NCBI RefSeq assembly: GCF_008831285.2
Contig: NC_045138.2
Span: forward strand, 26,288,001-26,352,000
Source: Nymphaea colorata
Lineage: Eukaryota
Direction of reading: 5' to 3'
Length of the DNA stretch: 64,000 bases
The notes under the pieces are model-generated. The model was not told where the DNA came from, searched no databases, and worked only from the letters and a program-made list of their open reading frames with translations. Below are positions 12,323 through 24,800 of this stretch, one piece after another. The translations under genes were made by a program, and so were the position numbers. Positions within the stretch are counted from its first letter, which is position 1. Every line of letters begins with the position of its first letter.

Positions 12323-14494
12323 TCAGCATTCAACCCCCTCACTTGATATATAATCGCCATCAGGTATGTAGCCTTCTTCCCTCATCATCACTCCCAATCT
12401 CTTTACCAGGTTGTAAATTTCCTTTGATTCCTGGTGTAACCGATCTCCAGCCAAGAAAGAATAGACATTATTTCCAACTTCTATGGAACTAATACCAGGT
12501 ACCTGCGTCAGTTTTTTCCTCTTCATCATTATTCTCATATTTGCCACACCATCCCATCTAGCTCCATCTGCATATATATTAGAAAGAAGCACATAATAGC
12601 CTCTGTGGTTGGGATCTAAATGGAACAACTTACTAGCAGCGAGCTCTGCTAGATCTATATCCCCATGAATTCTACATGCACCAAGTAAAGCACCCCACAG
12701 TTGAGAATTAGCTTCAACAGGCATGTTGTTGATTAACTCCAAGGCCTTGCCCAATTGGCCAGTGCGACCAAGGACATCAACCATGCACGCATAGTGCTCT
12801 GCCCTTGGGATCACCTTGTGTTCATGAACCATGCTATTGAAAAGCTTCCATGCCTCATCAACCCGACCCCCGTGGCTGCAAGCGGACAGGACTGAGATGA
12901 AGGTTATGTGGTTGGGTTTCAGTCCAGTCTGTAGCATCTGTTCAAACAGCTGAAAAGCTTCGAACCCAAGTCCATGAATTCCGTAGCCTGCAATGATGGA
13001 ACTCCATGCAACGACATCTTTTTCTTCTAACTTACGGAACACTTCAGCTGCATTTGCTAAGCTGCCACATTTCGAGTACAAATCTATCAGAGATGCGCCT
13101 ACAAAAACCTTCTGGTCAAAACCACTTCGAATCAAGTAACCATGAAGGCACAAAGCCTGCTGCAAGTTACCCGATTGTGCACATGACGAGAGAACTTTTA
13201 CAATGGTAACTGCGTCAGGCAAAGTATTGGACAATAACATGTCGTGGAAGACGCCCAGGGACTTGTCAGAAAGACCATTTAGTGCATAACCACTGATCAG
13301 AGCAGCCCAAGCAACAACATCCTTGTTAGGCATCCGAGAGAAAAGTTCAAGAGCTTCATCAATATGTGAACACTTCATATACATATCAAGAAGAGCAGTG
13401 GAAACAGAAGTCTCCATCTCAAAGCCTTTGCGGACAGTGAGTTCGTGTATTCTCTTGCCTTCTTCTAAAGCACAAGCAGCAGCACAGGCTTGCAGGGCAC
13501 TGACAACCGTCACATGGTTTGGCTCCACGCCTCTATTGAGCATCTTCTTGTAAGCATCCAACGCCTCTTCTGCCTGCTGGTTCTGAACGTAGCCTCCAAT
13601 CATAGAACTCCATGATATCACATCTCTGTTCTGCATTCTATTGAAGATCCTGCTAGCCACATCGATGACTCCCAACTTTGAGTATAGATGCAAAAGAGCA
13701 TTACTCAGTGACAAGTTCCAATCAAGACCCCGTCTAATTATGTAGCAATGACAACATCTTCCGCCCTGGATACTCCCCAATTGGTTACAGGCTGACAGGA
13801 CGCTAATCAGAGTAATTGTGTCTGGCGAGATTCCAGCTAAAAGCATTCTAGAGAAGAACTCCACTGCCTCCTTTCCGCTGTTATTCTGTTGGTACCCACT
13901 GACCATGGATGTCCAAAGAACAACATCCGGTTGTGGGTATCTCGTAAAAACTAGGTAAGCGTTCTCCATGGCTTCACACTTCGAGTACACATCGATCAGA
14001 GCTGCACCCACAAACATATCTCCTTCCATAACAGTACCTACAATGGAGCCATGAATCTGCTTGGCAATTTTGAGCGCCGATAATCCGCCACAGGCTTTGA
14101 GAGCAAGGGGGACTGTGTAGTTGTCCGTCTCAATGCCTAACCTCTTCATCTCCCAAAACAGATTCAGTGTTTCGTCCCACAGTTTCTCTTTGCAATAGCT
14201 TCTGAGCATGGCGTTCCAGAGGTAGACTTTTCTCTGAGGCTTTTCATCGAACATCTTCCGTGCGGATTCCATCTCCCCCAGGCTACCGTAGAGGGCGACG
14301 AGTTTGGTCCTGTAGAAGTCGCTGCCAGCCACAAGGCCGGTCTTGTGCAGCAGGGAGTGCAGTTGGTGGATAGAGTTGCCGTCCTTGCATGCTTGCAGGA
14401 AGAGGTATGAGAATCTGGAATCACCGATGGCGTCAAAATGGTGGCGGTGAATCTGGTGCTGGATTCGTTTGGCCAACGTCTTCCCACTTTGCAT
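12323..14494 (-). CDS. PLS-class pentatricopeptide repeat protein, E+ subclass (no DYW catalytic domain), 723 aa, intronless
   Basis: Repeated P/L/S motifs (DVVxWxxMIxGY, PDxxTxxSVLSAC), E motifs (WGALLGACRIHG, YYVLLSNIYA) and a PG box/E+ segment (PGISSIEV...GYIPD), then a stop. No HxE..CxxC or terminal DYW. Confidence 0.95.
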   Translation of the reverse strand: MQSGKTLAKRIQHQIHRHHFDAIGDSRFSYLFLQACKDGNSIHQLHSLLHKTGLVAGSDFYRTKLVALYGSLGEMESARKMFDEKPQRKVYLWNAMLRSYCKEKLWDETLNLFWEMKRLGIETDNYTVPLALKACGGLSALKIAKQIHGSIVGTVMEGDMFVGAALIDVYSKCEAMENAYLVFTRYPQPDVVLWTSMVSGYQQNNSGKEAVEFFSRMLLAGISPDTITLISVLSACNQLGSIQGGRCCHCYIIRRGLDWNLSLSNALLHLYSKLGVIDVASRIFNRMQNRDVISWSSMIGGYVQNQQAEEALDAYKKMLNRGVEPNHVTVVSALQACAAACALEEGKRIHELTVRKGFEMETSVSTALLDMYMKCSHIDEALELFSRMPNKDVVAWAALISGYALNGLSDKSLGVFHDMLLSNTLPDAVTIVKVLSSCAQSGNLQQALCLHGYLIRSGFDQKVFVGASLIDLYSKCGSLANAAEVFRKLEEKDVVAWSSIIAGYGIHGLGFEAFQLFEQMLQTGLKPNHITFISVLSACSHGGRVDEAWKLFNSMVHEHKVIPRAEHYACMVDVLGRTGQLGKALELINNMPVEANSQLWGALLGACRIHGDIDLAELAASKLFHLDPNHRGYYVLLSNIYADGARWDGVANMRIMMKRKKLTQVPGISSIEVGNNVYSFLAGDRLHQESKEIYNLVKRLGVMMREEGYIPDGDYISSEGVEC

Positions 14495-16066
14495 CTCTTT
14501 ATGGCTGGTGAGTACATCTTGGCCTCCCGCTGCTACTGCACATGAGAGAGAGAGGGAGGTAACTCTCTTCAGGAATGCTTTGGCTTCAAAGCCAAAGGCA
14601 TACTTCGGTAACCACTAGACTTCTGCATCATTTTGCTAGCTGGAGTTTCTCACCTGGCCGGCTAGCCGGAGGGTTAGACTTAAACCTTTTAAAAGAACAA
14701 AGTTTAATGCCAAAAGAAATGTTAATTGTTAAATCTTAGAGCCTCCTCTACCAACAAACTTTCCCGCATGGTAGGGATATGCGTGGTTATAATATGGTTT
14801 TTGATATTCTGATTTCTTTCTTCTTTTTATGGCATTTGACTGAACCTGGTTTTGCAATGCATTTGAATGTGAGAATCCAAATAGTTTACATCTCTAGCTG
14901 CAAAGAGATGCCTTCTAGGTTTTCAATTTGGGATTTCTTTTAACTTGGCGAGTTTCATAAGCTGCCTCTACCACATATGTATTGAAGGCATTACTGAGAA
15001 AGTTGTGACGCGTGATTGCACATAATTTTAGGCATTGGAGAAAGTTAAGGAGAAAAGTAGAATATATTCAATGTGTAAATTATAAGCGTGCCAACAAATG
15101 ACCTGATGCTTGTTAGGGAGGCAACATCGAACGCCAAGATTTAAAGAGAAAGATAAAAGCGGATCACCCTGGTAAATACGGACCCTGGCTCGTAAAATTT
15201 TTAAAACAAAGAGAAAGCACATCAACAAGTCAAAACATTTCCTATTGGTTCAAGAGGAGATCATGTCAAATACAGGTTACTTTACCAAGCCTTTCACTTA
15301 GAATGTAAGATATCACCAAAATAACTTATCTTATGGTCATTATTATTATTATCATGCTTACCATCAGGAGTAGGTTCAATAAGTGTGCTGAGAGATATGT
15401 AATTCCAAGCATATATTATTCCTAAAGCAAATTGCGAAGAAACATGGTAACATAATTTCAATTTGGTTAGTCTTTATAATAGTAATAAGACATTAAAAAA
15501 GAAGCGTGTGGTGTTAGTGGCCTTAACCTTGTGAAGGTCGCAAGCTGAATGACTCGATCGGGATTCCTTTCAGTTGTTCTTGACCGCAAACTTGGTGAAA
15601 TAGTTTTGATCCCGTTGATCTCACGTCGGTAACAGCTATAAACTGAATTAAGTGGAGGTTGAACATTGATGACTCCATTTTTCAAATCATCAGCTGCCAA
15701 CGTGCATGGGATACTGATTAACAAATCTAGTTAAAAAGCTATGGCCGTAGCTTCCAAGATCCAACGGTTCAGAAACGAAAAGATGGTGTCATAGGAGCCG
15801 GACAGAGAACGGTAGGAAGGATTTTGTTGGCGTTTGGAGTCAGCATTCCATCTTCACCCTTATCTTCTCCATTAATGGTAGAATCACAACGAGGCAAGCA
15901 ATTTACAGTCTAAAAATATCAGGGAGTTGGAACTTCCTGCTTCTGCAAATCATCTCCCTCCCTTCTCTCTCTCTCTAATTTCCATTTTTATCGGCTCTCT
16001 CTCTCTCTCTCTCTCCCCCCCCCCCCCTCCCCCTCTCTCTCTCTCTCAGAGGTAGGAAGAATCTTC

Positions 16067-17035
16067 ATGGATCTGCAACCGGAGGAGCTGCAACACCTGG
16101 GACCCCTGGCGATCCTGAGGCAGGCCGTGACCATCGCCCGCTCCTCCCCAAAGCACTTTGCCGCCCTCACCCTCGTCCTCGTCTTTCCTCTCTCCTTCGC
16201 CATCCTCGCCCACTCCCTGATTACCCACCCGCTATTGGCTCAACTCCACCACCGCCATGATTCCTCCTCCGGTTCCTCCCCGCTCGCCGCCCTCCTCGTC
16301 TTCCAGTCCCTCTACCTTCTCTTCCTCTTCTCCTTCTCCCTCCTTTCCACCGGCGCCGTCGTTTACAGCGTAGCCTGTCTCTACACGTCCAAGTCCATTT
16401 CCTTCTCGGCCCTCCTCTCCGCTATCCCCCGCCTCCTCAAGCCCCTCTTCCACACCTTCCTGTGGGTCTTCTTCTTGATGTTTCTGTACTATGCTGCCTT
16501 CGTTCTTTGCCTCCTTCTCGCGCTCATCTTCGTGGACAACGATGACGATAGTTTCTCCCTCGGTATCGTTCTTGTCATCTTTTTCTTGGGTGTGTTCTTC
16601 GGCTTCCTCCACATCTACATCGCCGCGATTTGGCATCTTGCTAGCGTCATCTCGGTGCTTGAGGATTCCTACGGGCTGGCAGCGATGAAGAAGAGCAGAG
16701 AATTGTTGAAGGGGAAGATGGCTTTGGCTGGAATGCTGGTGTTTGTCTACTTGGTCGCCTGTGCGATTATCGGGATGATATTCAGTAATGTGGTTGTCCG
16801 CGGGGGAGAGGAGTACAGCACGGGGGTTAAATTCATTGTGGGGTTTGTGCTTGTGGGTCTTCTTGTTCTGGTCAATTTGGTCGGTTTGCTGGTGCAGAGT
16901 GTGTTTTACTACGTCTGCAAGGCTTACCATCATCAAGGCATTGATAAATCCGCGTTGTATGATCATCTCGGAGGCTATCTTGGGGAGTATGTGCCTCTGA
17001 AGAGCAGCATTCAGATGGAGAGTTTGGACATGTAG
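16067..17035 (+). CDS. Conserved uncharacterized plant multi-pass membrane protein, 322 aa, intronless
   Basis: Several hydrophobic TM segments. The N-terminus MDLQPEELQ and C-terminus YYVCKAYHHQGIDKSALYDHLGGYLGEYVPLKSSIQME resemble the Arabidopsis At4g19950/At5g44860/At1g31130 family as recalled. CT-rich 5' leader. Confidence 0.88.
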   Translation: MDLQPEELQHLGPLAILRQAVTIARSSPKHFAALTLVLVFPLSFAILAHSLITHPLLAQLHHRHDSSSGSSPLAALLVFQSLYLLFLFSFSLLSTGAVVYSVACLYTSKSISFSALLSAIPRLLKPLFHTFLWVFFLMFLYYAAFVLCLLLALIFVDNDDDSFSLGIVLVIFFLGVFFGFLHIYIAAIWHLASVISVLEDSYGLAAMKKSRELLKGKMALAGMLVFVYLVACAIIGMIFSNVVVRGGEEYSTGVKFIVGFVLVGLLVLVNLVGLLVQSVFYYVCKAYHHQGIDKSALYDHLGGYLGEYVPLKSSIQMESLDM

Positions 17036-20000
17036 GGGGCAACTCGCCCCGTAGTGGCTGTTACCTGTTATCCCTGTTATATTTTTTAAATATTTGACAG
17101 GTGATTTCGTAATGCTTTTTCCTTCCCCCTGTTTTGCTTCTGTTGGAGAAATTTGTAATGGACTACTAAGGGTGTATTGTGTACCATAGTCCATCCTCAA
17201 AGAATCAGTTGTGGTATTCTGCGCTCATATGTGAGTTCTAATTGGTTGGAAGGGTTGTAGAATTTAAACTTTGCAATATGTGGGTGCTTGCACATCTTTT
17301 GTCAAGATGTAGTCTGATATTCAATTTGAGTTGATCCACATGCTTCTACTTTATAGGTCTTAAATTAATTCTGGTACCTTTCATTTCTTTTTCCTCTTGA
17401 TTGGTTTATATACCTTTCCAAATCTCAAGTTAAAAATGAGATTTTCCATCTTTTTTGAAGATTATGGAAGGGATTTTTTCTCTTTTAGCTCCAGTTACAT
17501 ATTCTATTGCTGGCTAGTTTTCTTTTATGCCTTCCAGCACGTTACAATCTCCTTAAAGACCTTCCCACCATGATTATTGTTGTTTCTGCTGCTTTTCTAC
17601 TGTTGCTGCCTCCAGCACCGTCACAACATGATCAAACAAGAACAAGCAACTACTAATTAGGACGCTGATTCTGTTTTAGCTCTAATCCTGATATGTAAAG
17701 AAAGCTTGCTTCCAACAGTTGTGAATTCTACATTCTTCACACCTCTCTTTTGTTGCATATTGTTTAAAGATGCATCTTCTGTCACGGCTGTTTGCTGGGC
17801 CAACTTTCTGATGTTGTTGTATATTGTTACTGATTACTTAATTGTTGATTCTGCAACCATTATTAATTTTTAGTGCTAGCTATTCACTTTCTGATGTTTA
17901 TATGCTCTTACCAATATGCACTTGCAATTTCACCCACTGGCAGGAATTTTTAATACTCTCTAGTTGGAACTTGAAATTGAAAACTGAAGCTGTTCTGACA
18001 TTAAATCTAGGTATTGATCTCGTGATCAATTGAGATGCAGCAAAAGAACACTTTTGTCCTTTTTCTGCAATGTTAGTTGTTTCAATTTTTGTAAATTTGA
18101 CCTGTAAAATATATCCAACGAGTGGTTTGATGATGTTCTGCCTTCATGGTTTAGTAGGCAGGATATCAACAATGACTAGGTTGGAATGTTGGAGTTACAT
18201 AAGTTGATCCGGTGCAACACTATACAAGAAATCTCCATGCATATTAAGATCCTAAATTTTTTCCTCTCTAGGTAGATCCTAAAATTTTTCTTCTTTAGGT
18301 AGATCCTGAATTTTTTCCTTGTGGGTAGGTTCCAAATAGGTTTGACTTTAGAGTTAATTTAGGAGATTAGATCTGCCATGATGGATTCTTCAGCCACTTG
18401 AGCACATCCAGCATGTTTGACCTGACCTATCCTTCCTCCTTTCTCCTCTGTGACGAGTTCATCTTGTTTCCTGCCAATTGTTCTCCTGCCCGTTTTCATT
18501 TTTGACAAGATAAATGTCATTAGTTTCTCCTGTATCTGAAAATCATAACTTCAGCACCTACTCTTCGATTCACAGAATCATCATCTGGAGCTTTTCTCTG
18601 TCTTTTTGTGGTTTTGACTTAATGGATCCGGTGCTATCTACTCCTGGGTAGGGCGACCGAATATATAGTCTTTTGTTGGTTTACATATGCGATGATAAAT
18701 AGTGGAAAAGTTTAGGTTCAATGCTTTTCCACTATGCTTCGTAACTTCTTCATTTTTTATCACCTTAACTTTGCTTTCCTGAAGCTGGTGTGCTGCTACT
18801 GAAAATCTTAATTTGGGAGATTTGACCTTATTTTTTATTGACTAACCGAGGTGATGAGCGATAGCACACATGTTGAGAGTGCAGGCTGGGGTACCCCTTT
18901 ATTATGGTCAAGCGATACATACTAGAGATCCTAGGGGTTGGCAACTTCATTCTACCATCTATTTAAGATTCAGACAACTATGTCCTTTTGTGTCTGATGA
19001 AGGAAAAAAAACAAAGGCGAAAAGAGTGAAAAAAGAGAAAAATCTGCCTGCAAGAACTGTGTACCAGACTGTCGTAGTAACACCAGTGCATAACCAGAGT
19101 GGCATATTGAATATGCCCTTGGAACCGACCAATCCTTGTTTAACATTGACTTGATTTATCAATTTGCAAGTAGATGGGACGTATATTTCTATCAAAATTC
19201 ATGGAGAATCAGCTATAACAACTCAGGTTTTTTCTCCTGTGAAATGTCATATTTTGCCACCTCAATATTAGGCAGACTCTTCTGTGGTTCCTTCATCTGT
19301 ATAGGTTCCTGTTGAATGTTCTTGTGAAGTTCGGGCTCCTATAAGAGATACAAACGAAGAATTTTTATTTCCGATGCAACTCTGCTGGGAGAAGATGCCT
19401 CCCGTGCATTTATTAATAAAAAAATGAGCTGTACAAGGGATCATATAGACACATCATGGAGCTACAGATCACTCAGGGACTACAAAATGAGTGTGGAGGA
19501 GGATTTACATCACCAAATGCAAAAAGAGCCATAATACAAAAAAAAAACTGACTAATAAAAGAAAGACTGCACTAATGCACAGCTCAAACGAAGACTTTTC
19601 ATTTGCAGTTTGCAGTTCGGTTTTGTGGTTCCTGTAGGAAGTTCTGCTTTCCTTTCTTAATAGTTAATACGAATCTTATAGATGTCATTTGGTAATCTTG
19701 TTGACTAGCACGAAAACATAGTAATTGAGAAGCTTAGATATAGTTTTGGAATTGATGTGTCGTGAACAGCGGAATCAAATATGTTGTTAGTTTTATCGTT
19801 GTGAGAGCGTCTCACTCCACAGACTTGGTTCTGGCTTGGGCCGCTAGGTGTCTCTAAGTCCTGTATTACATAAAAATCATTTGGCAAGCTAATATGAGCT
19901 TCTCCTCGTGTTTGTGTGTTTAAAACATGAATGATTATGTTCATAATTACTCCTCTCCTTTTCTGTCCCTCCTGTCAGCGACAGATGGTTGGTCATTCAT

Positions 20001-21430
20001 TGCATCTTGAGTTAACTGTATCTGGATTTTAACTCTATCCATAGATAAATCTAAATTGAAAAATCTGTGATGGTATTTGCCTGATTGTCGCTTGACTATC
20101 TTGTTGTAGGAGCATTTCAGAAGTTTTTCTTTCTTCAACCTAGGTGGTTTAGACACAATGGGACCGAGTCAATGTTATATCCAATATCGTGCACAACCTG
20201 CTTACACCTAAAAAAAAAAAAGGAGATTTCTCTATCGTCTTAGATAGTATGTCAGTGTTTCCAGACGTTCGATCAAGTGATCTCAGACCACCGTGCTTTC
20301 CTTGTCAATTGAAACTCTGTTCTCTATCCTGTGACCTCCCTTCTTGAAGCACGTTTTCGTAGTGAATACTATTAGGTGCAGATTGTTATTTTTTCTTTTG
20401 GTAAATGGTGGCGATACTCTTCATTGCTACTTATAATTCAAAATTTCTATTCACCGTTGGAGTGAATAAGCACCTTTCTTGTTCTCCAAGACATGAATTG
20501 TTTATTTTGTCAATTAATCTGTATTGACCTTGGTCTCCAAAATTGGTGGGTGGTCGTTCATTTAAATTTTCTGAGTGCCTATTGAAAGAAACAAGACAAT
20601 TGGAACGACTAACAGCCCACCAAAGCCAAGCACATCGTTTCAATTGAAGGGAGGAATTCGTAGTGTGGAAACTTCTGCTTTCTGTTGGCGGGCATGTGTT
20701 TGGCGAGACAGACGCAGATCTAGCAAATTATCAATCATTTGCGTTTTTTTGTCTTCTCTTCAGCAATATCGGGACTAATAATATCATTATACGAGAACCT
20801 GACGGTTGCCATTACCTCCGTTGTCGAATTTATAGGAATGTGCTAGCCCTCAATTTTTGTTCTGTGAATGGAAAAATATCTGTTTCTGTCTCTTCAGATG
20901 GCCCATTTTCTCTTAGAAATGATAGCGAACCACGTGCTCTCTGCCCAACCTTTTCGTCTGTTTGCTACCAAGAGTCTCTCTCTCAGATCGTACCATGTGA
21001 CACGATTGGAACTTGACTTGTGGCGCTTCTGCACCGCGTGCCATGATGGTACCTCGACTCTTGTGGACACGTCCCTCTCTTTCTCTCCCATCGTTCTCGG
21101 ACAAGTTTTATTGGGACTGAGATGACCCTAGACCTCATCCAGAATTAGCAACGAGACTTCCTGTGGCCTGGAACCATTCTCATTCTTGTGAGGGGTGGGT
21201 GGTTGATTCCGCTTCGAACCCAATATTTATCTGACCTGCGCAGGGCGCCATGCTGTTTGCTCTTACGATGCCCAACCAAGTGCCTGATGTAGCCCACTTT
21301 TCAGAACCTAAAGGCGACAAGCATGAATGGTTTCCGGCTGCGAGCCAGGCCAACCGACGTCCTAACTCCTAATTGAACATAGAATGTGCTGGTAGCTACT
21401 GTAAATCATGGTTGACATGCAGAAAGAATG

Positions 21431-21580
21431 GCGTACCGTGCTTTACACCCTTCAATACCTGCACTCATAGAAACGGTGCCTTTGAATTAATTGCCATAAA
21501 ACATAGCGTACCGTGCTTTACACCCTTAAATACCTGCACTCATAGAAACGGTGCCTTTGAATTAATTGGCATAAAACATA
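21431..21580. repeat. Tandem duplication, 2 x 75 bp
   Basis: 21431-21505 and 21506-21580 differ at only 2 positions. Confidence 0.95.
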
Positions 21581-21867
21581 CTTCCAGCAGGCACCGTCCT
21601 CTAGCACAAACTCTTGATCGAAAAAATGATGCTCGAAGCTGGAATCTGACTCGCTGCAAATCGGAACTGGACATGGTCCTTTAGCACAGAGAAGTTGGTT
21701 CGAAGAAAAGTGAAAAATAGGCGGCCAATATGCCGTTGCTCCGGCATTTTACAGAAGATACAACGAGCTTCATTTATAGCTTGACATTTCACAACTGACA
21801 CAAAATTGCTATAATACAAGAGTTAGCCCAACCCGAAACGAGCTAAGGTCGAAGCAAGCGTTGCATG

Positions 21868-24800
21868 CTACATGCAATACCATCTTCCAAAAATGTTTTC
21901 TTCCAAGTACAGTTTCCACACTTTGACAGGCCCAACATCTTCAAAGTTTGACTGTCTTTGTTTCCTTGTGTCCAGCAAACCTTTAACAGCAAAGCCCATT
22001 AGCTCCGTTGGATCCATAAAACCACGAACCCTAGACACAAGACCACCTCCACTTGGAAGATTCATTTTCACAGAATAGCTGGTGGATACTAGGTCATACG
22101 ACTGACTGAGCAGGGGAGATTCCGATTGAGGTTCTAGGCATTCCTCGGCTGGGAAGTGGTTCTCCATCCCAAAAGCTTCCCAATCAAGCTGATGCAGTAT
22201 CATGTTGGCCCGCTGTGAATTGCTGGTGGGATCAAGTTCCATCGACTGTTCTACCACAAGTTTGTCTACTTCAGTTTTTAATTGACTCAGGTGGTCACCA
22301 ATCCTCTGTGATGCAGCATCGTATAGTGCTGATCTTGAATATTGTGAATCATCCACGGTAAGAAGCAAATCATCAAACCGTATAGGGTCGCCAATAACAA
22401 CTGTAACCTGTAATACACGAGCACGCATAGAACCAACTTAAAAAATAGTATGCGACCCTGTTTAAATAATAGCATTCTAGCACGGAAACACATCTGAATG
22501 CTTGGAATTCTTACCTGCTTTCCGACCTTTGGGAAAGAGCTTCCTATGGGCATCACTTCCTGCATCCCAGAGTGTATAAAGGGAACCACAAGAGGGATAT
22601 CATCTGCATCCATGACCAGCCTGAAGAAAGGGAACAGTCGTCTTATTAAACTGTACAAAACATAATATGGTTCCACGATGACCACGGCCAATGTAGCTTG
22701 GAAGACTAGTCATAGAAGTGCAACTGTGCAAGTAAGGACATCCAAAAGAATCAAAAGAACCAATCTCCAGCATGACACATTCAGTGGAGGAACAAATCCA
22801 TGTTTTCGGTTCCTTTTTCTCAGCTCATGGTAAGTCATCTTGGCAACCTAGAGCTCCAGAGTATAACAATCAAAGCCCATGTCACTCACAGACATGAAGA
22901 AATTTAAGTTAGCCATATTGTCTGGTCTGTCCAATTTTTACTGCAAGCGGGTGGTACCAATAACCATTTTCACCTTTTCTTTTTTTAAATATAGACAGGA
23001 ATCCAAATCTAAGAAGGGGAAAAACCCCATCAACCTTTTCTTTCAATCTTGGCAACCTACACCTCACCTTCTTGTTAAGTAACCAGAAGGGGAAAAACCA
23101 AAAACCCCATCAACTAGCCAATATCAACTAGCTGTTAACTAGTCATCAAACAAAAAAGACAAAACATAATCGTACTGGAGAGGCAAGCTGTTTCTTACCT
23201 CCCGACTCCTCTTTTAGGCTGCCCTAAAGTTATGCCACCATCACGAGAACGAGTTCCCTCTGGAAAGATGTGAACCCAACCACCTCTGTTAAGTTTTGAA
23301 AGTGCCATGTCCATCCCCTGTATAAGGCTCAGAAATTTTAGAAAATAGTATTGTAGAAGACAATATACATCAACGAAATTCAGTAACCCAGCAAAAAACA
23401 GATGCATAAAACTGATAAAAATGGACATCGAGAGGTACTGCCAAAAGCATGCACTTCACATATTCAAACTCAAAGCAATAAACAAGTAACTAGCACACTA
23501 CCCAGACAACCTCGTTAAAGAGAATGCCCGTCAGCCATACAAAGAAATAGGAACTAGTAGAATCAGCTAAAAGTATCAGGGAGCAGATACATCATCAAGA
23601 AGTTCCTCAAACATAAGCACCTCTTTTTAGAAGAGGAGTGTCCATTTCTGTGCCTAATCTGAAACTTGCAAGGAGGAGTAATAATTTCATTCCAAAAACT
23701 GGGGAAAAAACATGTGACTTCAGCAACTGATATCAGACGAAAGCAGATTTATGAAGCAATGCAATGTATAAATCAGATTTGTCCTCTGTTCTATCCTCCA
23801 ATTAAAATATACCTTTAAAAATTGTTTAAATATAAACAGCAGTTCAATGGAGGCATCCCCTCCACGGAAAATTTAGGGTCTTAGCTGCACTATTTTTTTA
23901 GTTCATATCACCTAAAATGCAAGTAGAAGGATCTAAATTTTGCTAGTAGAGGTCTAGAGTCTCTAGACCTATTTGTACCATTCTATTCACTCTAATGACT
24001 GTCTGAGAGAGGATTGGCAACAAAGGGATTTCATTGACAACAGCTGCTTCCAATTTCAGTTTTTGAGAAGAAAATAAGTGCTGTTAGACTAAAGAACGCT
24101 AAGCCTTTGTTACAAGAGAAAAAGATTTAAAAGATTTCCACATTCACCTACTTTTTCACATGACATCTTTCCATATCTGTCAAGTAAGTTAGATATGATG
24201 ACCTTAAAATTCTACAAAATAACATGGAAGCCAGGAATGGAGGCTAAGAACAAATAAATCTCTAAAATTGTGTTTGAAACATCAAGAGGAAAAATGACTG
24301 TTGAAGATCACAGATAAATATGCTGGAATATGAAAAGGAAGGTTACAGAAATCATTTAAAGAAACTGAGTAGCAGCAGAAAGAAAGTACAAATCGTACCT
24401 TCTGGTAGACCCCATCACCACGTGATACAGGTAGAACTTTGACACATTGGAAAAATGCAGACATCAAAGGATTGCTGAAGCACCGATCTGTAGCACAAAG
24501 TGTCCATCTAAGACTCTCAGCATCGAATAGAACATTTGGAGGTAACAGGGATGCTATAATAAATGGATCATCTATTGATGCAACATGGTTGCTGACCTGC
24601 AATTAACATCTTAAGAACAATTAATATACACATGCCCTTTCCAAACTATGAATGAATTAGTAACAGATAAACAAGATAACAAGAACTATGTCGAATGCGC
24701 CAACTAGAGAAAGAAGAAGATACAAGAAACTAAAAAATATGGATAAATAAAACTGAAAATATCATGATATTAAAATGAGATGTTGATTCCTACCTTTTTT

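Noticed and set aside
16232..17200. 322-aa antisense ORF over the membrane-protein gene
   Set aside because: Shadow frame of a hydrophobic, pyrimidine-rich CDS. It starts at a non-ATG codon and has no recognisable domain. The equal length is coincidental.
21431..21580. Direct repeats as a CRISPR-like array
   Set aside because: Only two abutting copies, no spacers, no cas genes, and a plant nuclear context.
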